Position numbers and translations under genes: made by a program. DNA of 64,000 nucleotides, from the NCBI GenBank assembly GCA_038921085.1, contig JBCKXT010000003.1, positions 31,708-95,707 of the forward strand. Direction: 5' to 3'. The stretch is from Sphingopyxis sp. GTDB taxonomy: Bacteria > Pseudomonadota > Alphaproteobacteria > Sphingomonadales > Sphingomonadaceae. Below are positions 27,263 to 36,542 of the stretch, one piece after another; position 1 is the stretch's first letter; each line of letters opens with the position of its first letter. The notes under the pieces were generated by a model. It was given only the letters and a program-made list of their open reading frames with translations, ran no database searches and was not told where the DNA came from.

Positions 27263-28126
27263 CTATCGCCCCCGCATACCGTCGAATACATCTGCAAAGC
27301 TGGGCTGGTTGGCGTGCTGGATGCTCGACCTTGCGGCCTCAATCACCAGCGGCAACGGGTGGCCGTGGAGCGACGCGATAATGATCTGTTTCGCCACATG
27401 ATAAATTGCAGCGTCGGCTTCGATGATCTGGCGGGCACGATTGGAAAAAGGCGTGGCAAAGCCATAGGCGAGCAAGACGCCGAGGAAAGTGCCAACCAGC
27501 GCCGATCCGATCATTCCGCCGAGGATCGCAGGCGGCTGGTCAATCGCCCCCATGGTTTTGATAACCCCGAGAACGGCGGCAACGATGCCCAGCGCCGGCA
27601 GTGCATCGGCCAGGACTTGCAGCATGTCTGCGGGGCGTATTGCGTCATTGTGATGAGTCTTGATGCTACTGTCCATCACGTCTTCGACGGCATGGGTGTC
27701 GAGCGATCCTGATGACACCACCACCAGACGCAATGTGTCGCAGATCAAGTGGATGAGGGTTTGGTCTTGCAACAATTTGGGATATTTCTCGAACAGGCTG
27801 CTAGTTTGAGGTTCCTCGATATGCGGTTCGACCGCAACCGGCCCGTCGCTGCGCATCAGCTTCATCAGGCTTGACACTAGGAATATGGTGTCGAGGAAAT
27901 CCTGACGATCATAGCGCTCACCCTTGAAAATCTTTTTGAAGCCAACCCACAGACCGGCGAGTTCGCGTTTGCTGCTGCTGCTGATGGTCGCACCGATTGC
28001 GGCTCCGGCGATGACCATCATTTCAATCGGCAAAGCATGGAGGATGACACCGATATTGCCGCCGCTGAGGATATACGCCCCAAAAACCATGACGAGAAGG
28101 ATGATACTACCAACCGCCGCAAACAT
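27263..28126 (-). CDS. motA: Flagellar motor stator protein MotA
   Basis: ADALPALGIVAAVLGVIKTM, ALVGTFLGVLLAYG. Confidence 0.95.
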   Translation of the reverse strand: MFAAVGSIILLVMVFGAYILSGGNIGVILHALPIEMMVIAGAAIGATISSSSKRELAGLWVGFKKIFKGERYDRQDFLDTIFLVSSLMKLMRSDGPVAVEPHIEEPQTSSLFEKYPKLLQDQTLIHLICDTLRLVVVSSGSLDTHAVEDVMDSSIKTHHNDAIRPADMLQVLADALPALGIVAAVLGVIKTMGAIDQPPAILGGMIGSALVGTFLGVLLAYGFATPFSNRARQIIEADAAIYHVAKQIIIASLHGHPLPLVIEAARSSIQHANQPSFADVFDGMRGR

Positions 28127-28392
28127 TATTCACTCCCCGAGCATCGCACACCGATAGCTGCTACAATTTGAGTTAACGGCGACTTTGGGGGTTTATTTAG
28201 GCTGCGGTTAGGGGGTTTTCTGCTTGTTCGAGCCTTTTTTGTTGAGTGAGCATGGAACCGCAGATCGCTCAGGATTAACCCACTTTCGTCTTTTCGGGAA
28301 TAGCCAAGCTGGAGAATGACCAAGCTATCAGATGTTTCCATCTGCCTTGAAACCTCGCTAAGGCGGGGTGCGACCGGGAGCAAAGGTCAAAA

Positions 28393-30003
28393 ATGGAGAT
28401 TGGTATGGACGATAGCGACAAGGGCGCTGTAGCAGGAGCCCCCAAAGCGCAGGCCATGCCACAACAAGCCAGCAGTTATAGCTGGTATGTGCTGAGCGTT
28501 CTGGTTGTCGTTTACATCCTCAACTTCATCGACCGGCAAATCCTGAGCATCCTCGCGGTCGATATAAAGGCGGATCTCGGCCTTTCCGATTCCGACTTGG
28601 GTTTCCTTGGTGGCGCGGCCTTTGCGGTATTCTATGCCCTGTTTGGCATCCCGCTCGGCCGCCTCGCCGATAATTGGAGCCGGGTGCGGCTGCTCTCAAT
28701 TGGCCTGACGCTATGGTCCACGATGACGGCGCTGTCTGGGTTTGCCTATAATCAGGCCACGCTGACCCTCGCCAGGATGGGGGTTGGAATCGGCGAAGCC
28801 ACCGCCAGCCCCACCGCCTATTCGCTCATCTCCGACTATTTTCCCAAGCGCCAGCGCGCTACCGCGCTCGCCATTTATTCCTCCGGCCTTTATCTGGGCG
28901 GTGGCCTCTCGCTGTTTGTTGGTGCGCTCATCGTTAAAGCGTGGAACACTGGCTATCCCGGTGGCGGTCCGCTGGGTCTGGTCGGTTGGCAGGCGGCCTT
29001 CCTAGCGGTCGGCATCCCCGGCCTGATCTTGGCGCTGTGGGTTGCGACTCTGCGCGAACCCGTTCGCGGCGCGATGGATGGCATCTCAACATCACCGACA
29101 CCCAGGCCGTTTCGCACCTTTCTGACTGACCTTTCCACCATCGTCCCGCCCTTTACCCTGATCGGCGCCTGGCAGCGGGGACCGGCGGCACTGGCGATCA
29201 ACCTTAGCGTTGCCGCGCTGTTCGCCGCCATCGCCGTGATGATGATCACTCTCACCGGCAATCTGCCGCAATGGTCTGCCGTCGGGTTGGGCTATTATGC
29301 GGTATTCTCATGGGCCTCTACCCTTCGCGCACGCGATCCTGCAACGTTCCGGCTGATCTGGGCCACACCCGCGTTCATTTGCGTGACAATAGGCTATGGA
29401 CTGGGTGCGCTCACCGCTTATGGCCTCGCCTTTTGGTCCGCCCCTTATGCCGAAACCGTGCTCGGCCTGCCCAAGGCTGAACTTGCCTTTTATCTGGGCG
29501 GGAGCGGGGCGCTTAGCGGCTTTATTGGGGTGATTGCTGGCGGCCGGGTCGCGGATGCGCTGCGCGCACGCAATCCCGCTGGACGCATCCTCGTCATCAT
29601 GTTTGGCGTGGTCGCTCCGGTCATCCCGATCTGGATCGGCTTTACCACCCAATCCGCGACCCTGTTCTACATCATGAGCTTTGTCGCGGGCGTCTGTGGC
29701 AGCAGCGCATTGGGCGCCGCTGCTGCAACCACCCAGGACTTGGTGCTCCCGCGAATGCGCGGCACCGCGACTGCTGCATTTTTCCTCGGCACAACCCTAG
29801 TTGGCCTGTCGTTCGGTCCCTATTTGGTCGGGCAGATTTCAGACCTGTTCGGGACGATGGTTGATGGGCGGTTGGTCGGCGACCTGCGCACTGGTATCCT
29901 GTCGCTGATCGGTACAGTGCCAATCGCGCTGGCCCTGCTGATTTACGCCTATCGCACCATGCCGGATGCCGAGGCCAGCATCGTTGAACGTGCAGGCGAA
30001 TAG
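28393..30003 (+). CDS. MFS transporter (spinster-like)
   Basis: NFIDRQI, motif A GRLADNWSR, ARMGVGIGEA; start may be 28405. Confidence 0.92.
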   Translation: MEIGMDDSDKGAVAGAPKAQAMPQQASSYSWYVLSVLVVVYILNFIDRQILSILAVDIKADLGLSDSDLGFLGGAAFAVFYALFGIPLGRLADNWSRVRLLSIGLTLWSTMTALSGFAYNQATLTLARMGVGIGEATASPTAYSLISDYFPKRQRATALAIYSSGLYLGGGLSLFVGALIVKAWNTGYPGGGPLGLVGWQAAFLAVGIPGLILALWVATLREPVRGAMDGISTSPTPRPFRTFLTDLSTIVPPFTLIGAWQRGPAALAINLSVAALFAAIAVMMITLTGNLPQWSAVGLGYYAVFSWASTLRARDPATFRLIWATPAFICVTIGYGLGALTAYGLAFWSAPYAETVLGLPKAELAFYLGGSGALSGFIGVIAGGRVADALRARNPAGRILVIMFGVVAPVIPIWIGFTTQSATLFYIMSFVAGVCGSSALGAAAATTQDLVLPRMRGTATAAFFLGTTLVGLSFGPYLVGQISDLFGTMVDGRLVGDLRTGILSLIGTVPIALALLIYAYRTMPDAEASIVERAGE

Positions 30004-30048
30004 GGCGGCCGGGGAAACTGCGCTGATGTGTTCTACGGCCCCACTCTT

Positions 30049-30227
30049 TCCCCTCTCCCTTGACGGGAGAGGGATGTGCAGACTCGGCGATGCAATCGCA
30101 TAGTCGAAGCTGGGTGAGGGTGGAATTACGGCTTGTGACACCCCTCCACCACTGCGTGGTCCCCCTCCCCTTGCAGGGGAGGATTTTAGCCTAGTGGAGT
30201 GTTTCATTCCACTTGAAATCACTATAG
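30049..30227. repeat. Cluster of palindromic repeats upstream of tRNA-Leu
   Basis: ccctctcccttgacgggagaggg, cccctccaccactgcgtggtccccctccccttgcaggggaggat (inverted match at 58431-58475), and a ctagtggagt...gaaatcactatag fragment. Confidence 0.75.
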
Positions 30228-30271
30228 AGGGCTGGCTCCAGTCAGGGCATTGGCCCTGAACTCGTCGGATT

Positions 30272-30356
30272 GCGGGCGTGGTGGAACTGGTAGACGCGCG
30301 GGATTCAAAATCCCGTTCCGAAAGGAGTGCCGGTTCGATTCCGGCCGCCCGCACCA
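30272..30356 (+). tRNA. tRNA-Leu(CAA)
   Basis: GCGGGCG acceptor stem, TGGTAGAC D-loop, CGGGA-TTCAAAA-TCCCG anticodon arm, long variable arm, GGTTCGATTCC, encoded CCA. Confidence 0.97.
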
Positions 30357-30529
30357 TTTTTCGGAATCAGAGAATGTCCGGCGGATATTCTCCCGAAAAA
30401 TCCCGAGCGACAGCGACGGGGCACCTTCACGTCATTGCTCCGACAGTCTTCGGCCAGCTTTGGGGGGATATTTTCCCAGAAAATCACATGGCGATGGGGA
30501 GGGGGCTTACAGGACGGGCATTGTTCCGG

Positions 30530-32176
30530 TCACAGCACCAAAATATTCACCCCGTCGATGTGGCGGGCCGACAGATGCTGTCCGGTCAGCGTGCCGCCAT
30601 GCGTTTGCGCCAACGCAGCTAGCAGCTCTGCCTCCCCCTTGGCGGTGCGGGCAAGGATCCGCGCGCCATCATCGGTGCGCAAGAACGCATAGCCGCGTTG
30701 TGGTTCGCCTTTGGCATAGGTGACGCTCCACGCTTCGACGATGCCGGTCGCGTCTTGGCTCAGCAATACCGGCCCCACCTGCGCATCGCATTGCTCCTGA
30801 ATGTCGGCGCTGCTGACCGGCTGCCAGTCAGAAGGAGCAGTGGTGGAGTAAATCCCCGCAGCTTGTTTTGTCAGGAAGCCGCCATTGGCCAGCACCAAGC
30901 CGAACTGGCCGGGGCTGGCGCGCATCCGTTCGGCGATGGTGGCGATGGCGTGCATGCTGTAATTATTGCCCGCGCCGCCAAAAAACGGCAGGCCGCCGGT
31001 GACGGTCAACGCCGCCGCGCCCGCTTGCCCCCCCGCGCGTCCAGACCCGCGCCAGTCGATGCCCAGCGCCTCTGCCGCCAGTAATACCGCTACCGGAAAA
31101 CAGCTATACAGGTCGATTGCCGACAGCTCCCCGGCATTGGTGAGGCCGCTGCTCGCGAGCGTTTGCGCCAGCACCAGTTCAATCGCCAGACTGCGCGACA
31201 GATCGGGTCGTTCGCTTGGGCATGTGTCTTTGGCCTGAGCGTGACCATGGAGATAGACGCGATTGTCATCCGCGATGCCCATCCGGTCGGCTTCGCCAAC
31301 GCTGGTCAGGATCAGCGCCGCACCTTGATTGACCGCGTCCTGCGCGACATCCCATTTCAGATAAGGTTCGGCGAGTGGATAATTTTCGGCGCTGGGGGTC
31401 GAGAGAAAATCGACCGAGCGTTCGATCGGAAATTGGGCATGGGGGTTGCGCGCGGCAACCGCCGAAAAACCCGCCCATAATTCCGACATGATCTGGCGGT
31501 GGGCGGCATAATCATGCCCTAGCCGCTGTGCGAGGGCGCTTTCAAACGCCGGATAGGTCTGGGTCGGCGCGCCTAGACCATTGGCGATGTCATAGGGCGA
31601 CAGCAGCATTGGTCCGCGACCGCAATCGGTAAATCCGGCCTCCCCACTAGCGCAAGCGCCGTCGTTTACGGCGGGGGAAGCCAGAGGAGCGCCGTCGTTT
31701 ACGACGGGGGAAGCCAGAGGAGAATCGCTCCAATCAAGCGCCTGCCCGGCCTTGATCGCGGCCTTCATCGTGGCTGTGGCTTCGGCCCCGACCAGCAATA
31801 TCGTGCGCGCTTGCCCATTATGGATCGCCGCCGCGCTTTGGTTGACCAGATCTTGAGGCTGGTCGCCCCCGACCTGACTGTAGATGGTATCGCGCGGCGA
31901 CAGGCCAAGGTCAGCCGCCAACCTTCCCGGCGGATTGGCGCAGCGGCCAAAGGGTTGGGGAGCAGTTGGCACCGAATCGAGCATGGTCCGCACGACGATG
32001 ACCCGCTCGATGCTGCTGCACACGGCATTGGCAGCACCGCTGTCGGCCAGCGCAAGCTGTGCCGCGTCGGCGCGCAGCGATTGCGGTGACGGCGCGGGAT
32101 CGCCGCTCACTGGCGACCAATGCTGGGTGATCTGGCCAACCCCGATCAGGACGGGAGTGCGCGGGTTGATGGTCAT
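30530..32176 (-). CDS. Thiolase-like acetyl-CoA acetyltransferase with C-terminal extra domain
   Basis: RTPVLIGVGQ, VNQGAAL, DLYSCFP, TVTGGLPFFGGAGNNYSMHAI. Confidence 0.88.
   Translation of the reverse strand: MTINPRTPVLIGVGQITQHWSPVSGDPAPSPQSLRADAAQLALADSGAANAVCSSIERVIVVRTMLDSVPTAPQPFGRCANPPGRLAADLGLSPRDTIYSQVGGDQPQDLVNQSAAAIHNGQARTILLVGAEATATMKAAIKAGQALDWSDSPLASPVVNDGAPLASPAVNDGACASGEAGFTDCGRGPMLLSPYDIANGLGAPTQTYPAFESALAQRLGHDYAAHRQIMSELWAGFSAVAARNPHAQFPIERSVDFLSTPSAENYPLAEPYLKWDVAQDAVNQGAALILTSVGEADRMGIADDNRVYLHGHAQAKDTCPSERPDLSRSLAIELVLAQTLASSGLTNAGELSAIDLYSCFPVAVLLAAEALGIDWRGSGRAGGQAGAAALTVTGGLPFFGGAGNNYSMHAIATIAERMRASPGQFGLVLANGGFLTKQAAGIYSTTAPSDWQPVSSADIQEQCDAQVGPVLLSQDATGIVEAWSVTYAKGEPQRGYAFLRTDDGARILARTAKGEAELLAALAQTHGGTLTGQHLSARHIDGVNILVL
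31637..31721. repeat. Tandem 33-bp hairpin mini-repeats in frame in the thiolase gene
   Basis: gcgccgtcgtttacg(g/a)cgggggaagccagagga x2 (31656-31721) plus a degenerate opposite-strand copy; encodes PLASPVVNDGAPLASPAVNDGACASGE. Confidence 0.85.
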
Positions 32177-32354
32177 GGGTCAAGCCGCCTTTCTAACAGA
32201 GCGCTGTGCAAGTGTAGCGGCAATCGCGGTGTTTTCCAGCGGGGATGTGCGGGGCATGGCTGGCGATGAAACAGTCTGGCCTTGCGCAGGCTGGCCATCC
32301 GCTCGTATCGCAATGCGTAACAGGTGAACTCTCCGACGTAAAAAAGGAAAACCC

Positions 32355-33851
32355 ATGCGCATTGTCACCCACTATTTGGCAAATGGCGCAGCCGTTGCGA
32401 CCGGGCGCACCGGGGATATTTTCGACCCCAACAATGGCACGGTGCAGGCCCAGGTGACGCTGGGGGATGCAGCGGTGCTGGGGCTTGCGGTAGATGCCGC
32501 GCTGGCGGCGCAACCGGCTTGGGCCGCCACCAACCCGCAACGCCGTGCACGAGTAATGTTTGAATTCAAACGCTTGGTTGAGGCCAATATGGACGCGCTG
32601 GCCCATATGCTCTCATCCGAACATGGCAAGGTGATCGCCGATTCAAAGGGCGACATTCAGCGCGGTCTGGAAGTGATCGAGTTTTGTTGCGGCATCCCGC
32701 ATGTCCTCAAGGGTGAGTATACCCAAGGGGCCGGGCCGGGCATCGATGTCTATTCCATGCGCCAGCCAATCGGGATTGGCGCGGGCATCACCCCGTTCAA
32801 TTTTCCCGCGATGATCCCGCTGTGGATGTCGGGGGTCGCGATTGCCACCGGCAACGCCTTCATCATCAAGCCCTCGGAGCGCGACCCGAGCGTCCCCGTC
32901 CGCCTCGCCGAATTATTCTTGGAGGCAGGGCTTCCCGAAGGCATTTGCCAGGTGGTCCACGGCGACAAGGAAATGGTCGATGCGATCCTAGACCATCCGG
33001 CGATTGGCGCGATCAGCTTTGTCGGGTCGTCGGACATCGCCCATTATGTCTACAATCGCGGGGTCGCGAACGGCAAGCGGGTGCAGGCGATGGGCGGGGC
33101 CAAGAACCACGCGATTGTCATGCCCGATGCCGATCTCGATCAGGTGGTGGGCGACCTCGCTGGGGCGGCCTTTGGCTCGGCGGGGGAACGCTGCATGTCG
33201 CTGCCGGTGGTGGTGCCGGTCGGCGATGATACCGCAGAGCGGCTGCGCGCAAAGCTGATCCCGGCGATTGCCGCGCTCAGGGTCGGTGTTTCGACCGACG
33301 CCGAGGCGCATTACGGCCCGGTGGTGACCGCCGCGCACAAGGCCAAGGTTGAGGGCTGGATCCAGACCTGCGTCGATGAAGGCGCGGAACTGGTCATCGA
33401 TGGTCGCGGCTTTACCCTGCAAGGGTATGAGCAAGGGTTCTTTATCGGCCCAACCCTGTTCGATCATGTGACGGCCGACATGTCCTCTTACAAGGAGGAG
33501 ATATTTGGTCCCGTGTTGCAAATCGTTCGGGCAGCCAATTTTGAGGAAGCTCTCGCGCTGCCCTCGCGCCACCAATATGGCAATGGCGTCGCCATCTTTA
33601 CGAGGAACGGCCATGCCGCGCGCGAATTTGCCGCAAGGGTCAATGTCGGGATGGTTGGGATCAATGTGCCGATCCCGGTGCCGGTCGCCTATCACAGCTT
33701 TGGCGGCTGGAAGCGCAGCGCCTTTGGCGACACCAATCAGCACGGCATGGAGGGGGTCAAGTTCTGGACCAAGGTCAAGACGATCACCTCGCGCTGGCCC
33801 GATGGCTCGCCTGACGGCGGTAACGCCTTTGTTATTCCGACGATGGGCTGA
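32355..33851 (+). CDS. mmsA: CoA-acylating methylmalonate-semialdehyde dehydrogenase
   Basis: ITPFNFPAM, KPSERDP, MGGAKNH, AGERCM, EEIFGPV, GINVPIPVP. Confidence 0.96.
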   Translation: MRIVTHYLANGAAVATGRTGDIFDPNNGTVQAQVTLGDAAVLGLAVDAALAAQPAWAATNPQRRARVMFEFKRLVEANMDALAHMLSSEHGKVIADSKGDIQRGLEVIEFCCGIPHVLKGEYTQGAGPGIDVYSMRQPIGIGAGITPFNFPAMIPLWMSGVAIATGNAFIIKPSERDPSVPVRLAELFLEAGLPEGICQVVHGDKEMVDAILDHPAIGAISFVGSSDIAHYVYNRGVANGKRVQAMGGAKNHAIVMPDADLDQVVGDLAGAAFGSAGERCMSLPVVVPVGDDTAERLRAKLIPAIAALRVGVSTDAEAHYGPVVTAAHKAKVEGWIQTCVDEGAELVIDGRGFTLQGYEQGFFIGPTLFDHVTADMSSYKEEIFGPVLQIVRAANFEEALALPSRHQYGNGVAIFTRNGHAAREFAARVNVGMVGINVPIPVPVAYHSFGGWKRSAFGDTNQHGMEGVKFWTKVKTITSRWPDGSPDGGNAFVIPTMG

Positions 33852-33860
33852 GGGCGGATT

Positions 33861-34256
33861 ATGAAACACCAACGCGCATCGTCTGGCTCACCCTATGAAG
33901 CGAGCATCGGCTTTTGCCGGGCGGTCCGCGTGGGCGACCGGATCATCGTTTCCGGCACTGCGCCTGTCGAGGCTGACGGGAGTTCGACCCCCGGCGATGC
34001 TGAGGCACAGGCTGAGCGGTGTCTCGCCATCATCGTCCAAGCGATAGAGCATTTGGGCGGAGCGGCACAGGATGTCGTGCGCACCCGGATGTTCCTGACT
34101 GACGCTGCGGATGCAGAGCGGGTGGGCCGCGCACATGGCCGCTGGTTCGCCGATGTCCGACCGGCCTCTACCATGGTTGTGGTTGCTGCACTGCTGCGCC
34201 CCGAATGGCGGGTGGAGATAGAGGCTGAGGCGATGGTTGCCGCGCCGGATGATTGA
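33861..34256 (+). CDS. RidA/YjgF family protein
   Basis: IGFCRAVRVGD, VVRTRMF, RPASTMV, VEIEA. Confidence 0.9.
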   Translation: MKHQRASSGSPYEASIGFCRAVRVGDRIIVSGTAPVEADGSSTPGDAEAQAERCLAIIVQAIEHLGGAAQDVVRTRMFLTDAADAERVGRAHGRWFADVRPASTMVVVAALLRPEWRVEIEAEAMVAAPDD

Positions 34257-34269
34257 TCGGGAGAAAGCT

Positions 34270-35187
34270 ATGACCAGCACCGGCGTTAGCGACGGGGGAA
34301 GCCAGACAAAGCGCACAATCGCCTTTATCGGGCTGGGCAATATGGGCAGCGGCATGGCCGCAAACCTCGTCAAGGCGGGGCATGCTGTCCACGCCTTTGA
34401 CCTGTCGGAGACAGCACTGGCGACAGCGCGCGAAAACGGCTGCGCGAGTTTTTCCACCGTCAGCGAGGCAGTGGCCGGGGTCTATGCAGTGGTCTCGATG
34501 TTGCCCAATGGCGCGATAGTCGAGAGTGTTTATGCCAATCAGGTCATCGGCCATGCGCCCTCTGCCGCAATCCTGATCGACTGTTCGACCATCGATGTGG
34601 CGACAGCGCGCAAAGTTGCGGGTGCCGCTGTGGATGCTGGCTATGCGATGGTCGATGCGCCAGTCTCGGGCGGGATTGCCGCAGCCAATAGTGGCACCCT
34701 GACCTTCATGGTTGGCGGCACAGCGGAGGCTTTTGCCCGTGCCGAACCGATCCTGTCGGCAATGGCCAAGGCGGTGATCCATGCTGGCGCGGCCGGAGCG
34801 GGACAGGCGGCGAAAATCTGCAATAACATGTTGCTCGGTGCATCGATGATCGCGACCTGCGAGGCATTTGTGCTAGCGGAAAAACTCGGCCTCGATTTGC
34901 AGACATTTTATGACATTTCGTCCAAGGCTTCGGGGCAGTGCTGGTCGATGACCAGTTACTGTCCGGTTCCCGGTGTCGGCCCGCAAAGCCCAGCTGACAA
35001 CGCCTATCAGGGCGGGTTTGCAACCGCATTGATGCTCAAGGATTTGAAACTGGCGATGGAGGCTGCCCGCTCAGTTGGCGCTGATGTGCCGATGGGCAGC
35101 CGCGCGGCGGAACTTTATCAGGAGTTTGCCGATTCCGGATCAGGTGGCCTCGATTTCTCCGCCATCATCAGGCGCATGGGCGGCTAG
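34270..35187 (+). CDS. mmsB: 3-hydroxyisobutyrate dehydrogenase
   Basis: AFIGLGNMG, DAPVSGG, AKICNN, LMLKD; the N-terminus (34278-34314) derives from a mini-repeat. Confidence 0.94.
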   Translation: MTSTGVSDGGSQTKRTIAFIGLGNMGSGMAANLVKAGHAVHAFDLSETALATARENGCASFSTVSEAVAGVYAVVSMLPNGAIVESVYANQVIGHAPSAAILIDCSTIDVATARKVAGAAVDAGYAMVDAPVSGGIAAANSGTLTFMVGGTAEAFARAEPILSAMAKAVIHAGAAGAGQAAKICNNMLLGASMIATCEAFVLAEKLGLDLQTFYDISSKASGQCWSMTSYCPVPGVGPQSPADNAYQGGFATALMLKDLKLAMEAARSVGADVPMGSRAAELYQEFADSGSGGLDFSAIIRRMGG

Positions 35188-35196
35188 CTGGCACAA

Positions 35197-36455
35197 ATGG
35201 CCCCGCATTATGACATCATCATCGTCGGTAGCGGCCACGGCGGGGCACAGGCGGCGATTGCGCTGCGCCAAGCGGGTTTTAGCGGTAGCATCGCGATGGT
35301 GAGCGAGGAGGGCGATCTGCCCTATGAGCGCCCGCCGCTGTCCAAGGAGTATTTCAGCGGCGACAAGCCGTGGGCGCGGATGCTGATTCGCCCTGCGGCC
35401 TATTGGGACGAGCGCAATGTGCATATGCTGCTCAATCAACGGATCGTCGCGGTTGATGCTGATGACCACCGACTGACCAGCGCCGACGGCAGCAAGTTCA
35501 CCTATGGCCAGCTGATCTGGGCGACTGGCGGCATTCCGCGCCGATTGCCGGTACCGGGCGGCGACCTGCCCAATGTCCAGGGGGTCCGCAGCCGCACAGA
35601 CGCCGATGCGATGATCGCGGCGGCTGCATCGGGCCAGAATTTCGTCATCATTGGCGGCGGCTATATTGGGCTGGAGGCTGCAGCGGTGCTCGCCAAAATG
35701 GGCAAGACCGTGACCGTGCTGGAGGCATTGGATCGCGTCCTAGCCCGGGTTGCGGGCGAGCCACTGTCGCGCTTTTACGAACGCGAACATCGTGCCCATG
35801 GTGTCGATATACGGCTGGGCGTGCGGGTCGAGGCGATTGAGGGCGAGGCCAAGGATGCAGAGAACCGGGCCACCGGGGTGCGGCTGGGCGATGGCAGTAT
35901 CATTGCCGCCGACCATGTCATCGTCGGCATCGGGATTGACCCGGCGGTAGCACCCCTGCTTGCGGCGGGGGCAGCGGGCGGCACTGCTGGTGGCGGGGGG
36001 GGGTGCTAGTCGACGATTTTTGTCGGACCTCGCTGCCCGACATTTATGCGGTGGGAGACTGTGCGGCGCATGCGAACCGCTATGCCGATGAGGCCATCAT
36101 CCGGCTTGAATCGGTGCAGAACGCCAATGATCAGGCGACTGTGGCGGCAAAGGCGATTGCCGGTGATCCCCGCCCCTATGATGCGGTGCCATGGTTCTGG
36201 TCGAACCAGTATGACCTGCGGCTGCAAACCGTCGGCCTGTCGTTGGGGCATGATGCTCTGGTGGTGCGCGGCGAGCCGGATGCGCGGGCATTTTCAGTGA
36301 TCTATCTCAAGTCTGGTCGAGTCATTGCTCTCGATTGCGTCAATGCCACTCGCGATTATGTGCAGGGGCGGGCGCTGGTCATGGTCGGCGCAAGCATCGC
36401 TCCCGAACGGCTGGCCGATGCCGCAGTCCAGCTAAAGGAGATGTTGGGTAGTTGA
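35197..36455 (+). pseudogene. NAD(P)H:ferredoxin reductase split by a frameshift in a G9 tract
   Basis: First half has GSGHGG, YERPPLSK, GGGYIGLE; second half has [32 protein letters not shown]. The frame changes at the G run 35995-36003. Confidence 0.85.
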
Positions 36456-36542
36456 CCACCATCTGGGCTATTGCTAGCCATTCACTTGGCATACATGGGT
36501 GATGGGCCAGCAATGGCGGGCAGTTTGGGGAGGAAGTATTTG

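Noticed and set aside
26321-28126. Zorya ZorA/ZorB anti-phage system
   Set aside because: MotA is normal length with no long helical tail, MotB has the flagellar WKIAYADF motif, and there is no zorC/D/E.
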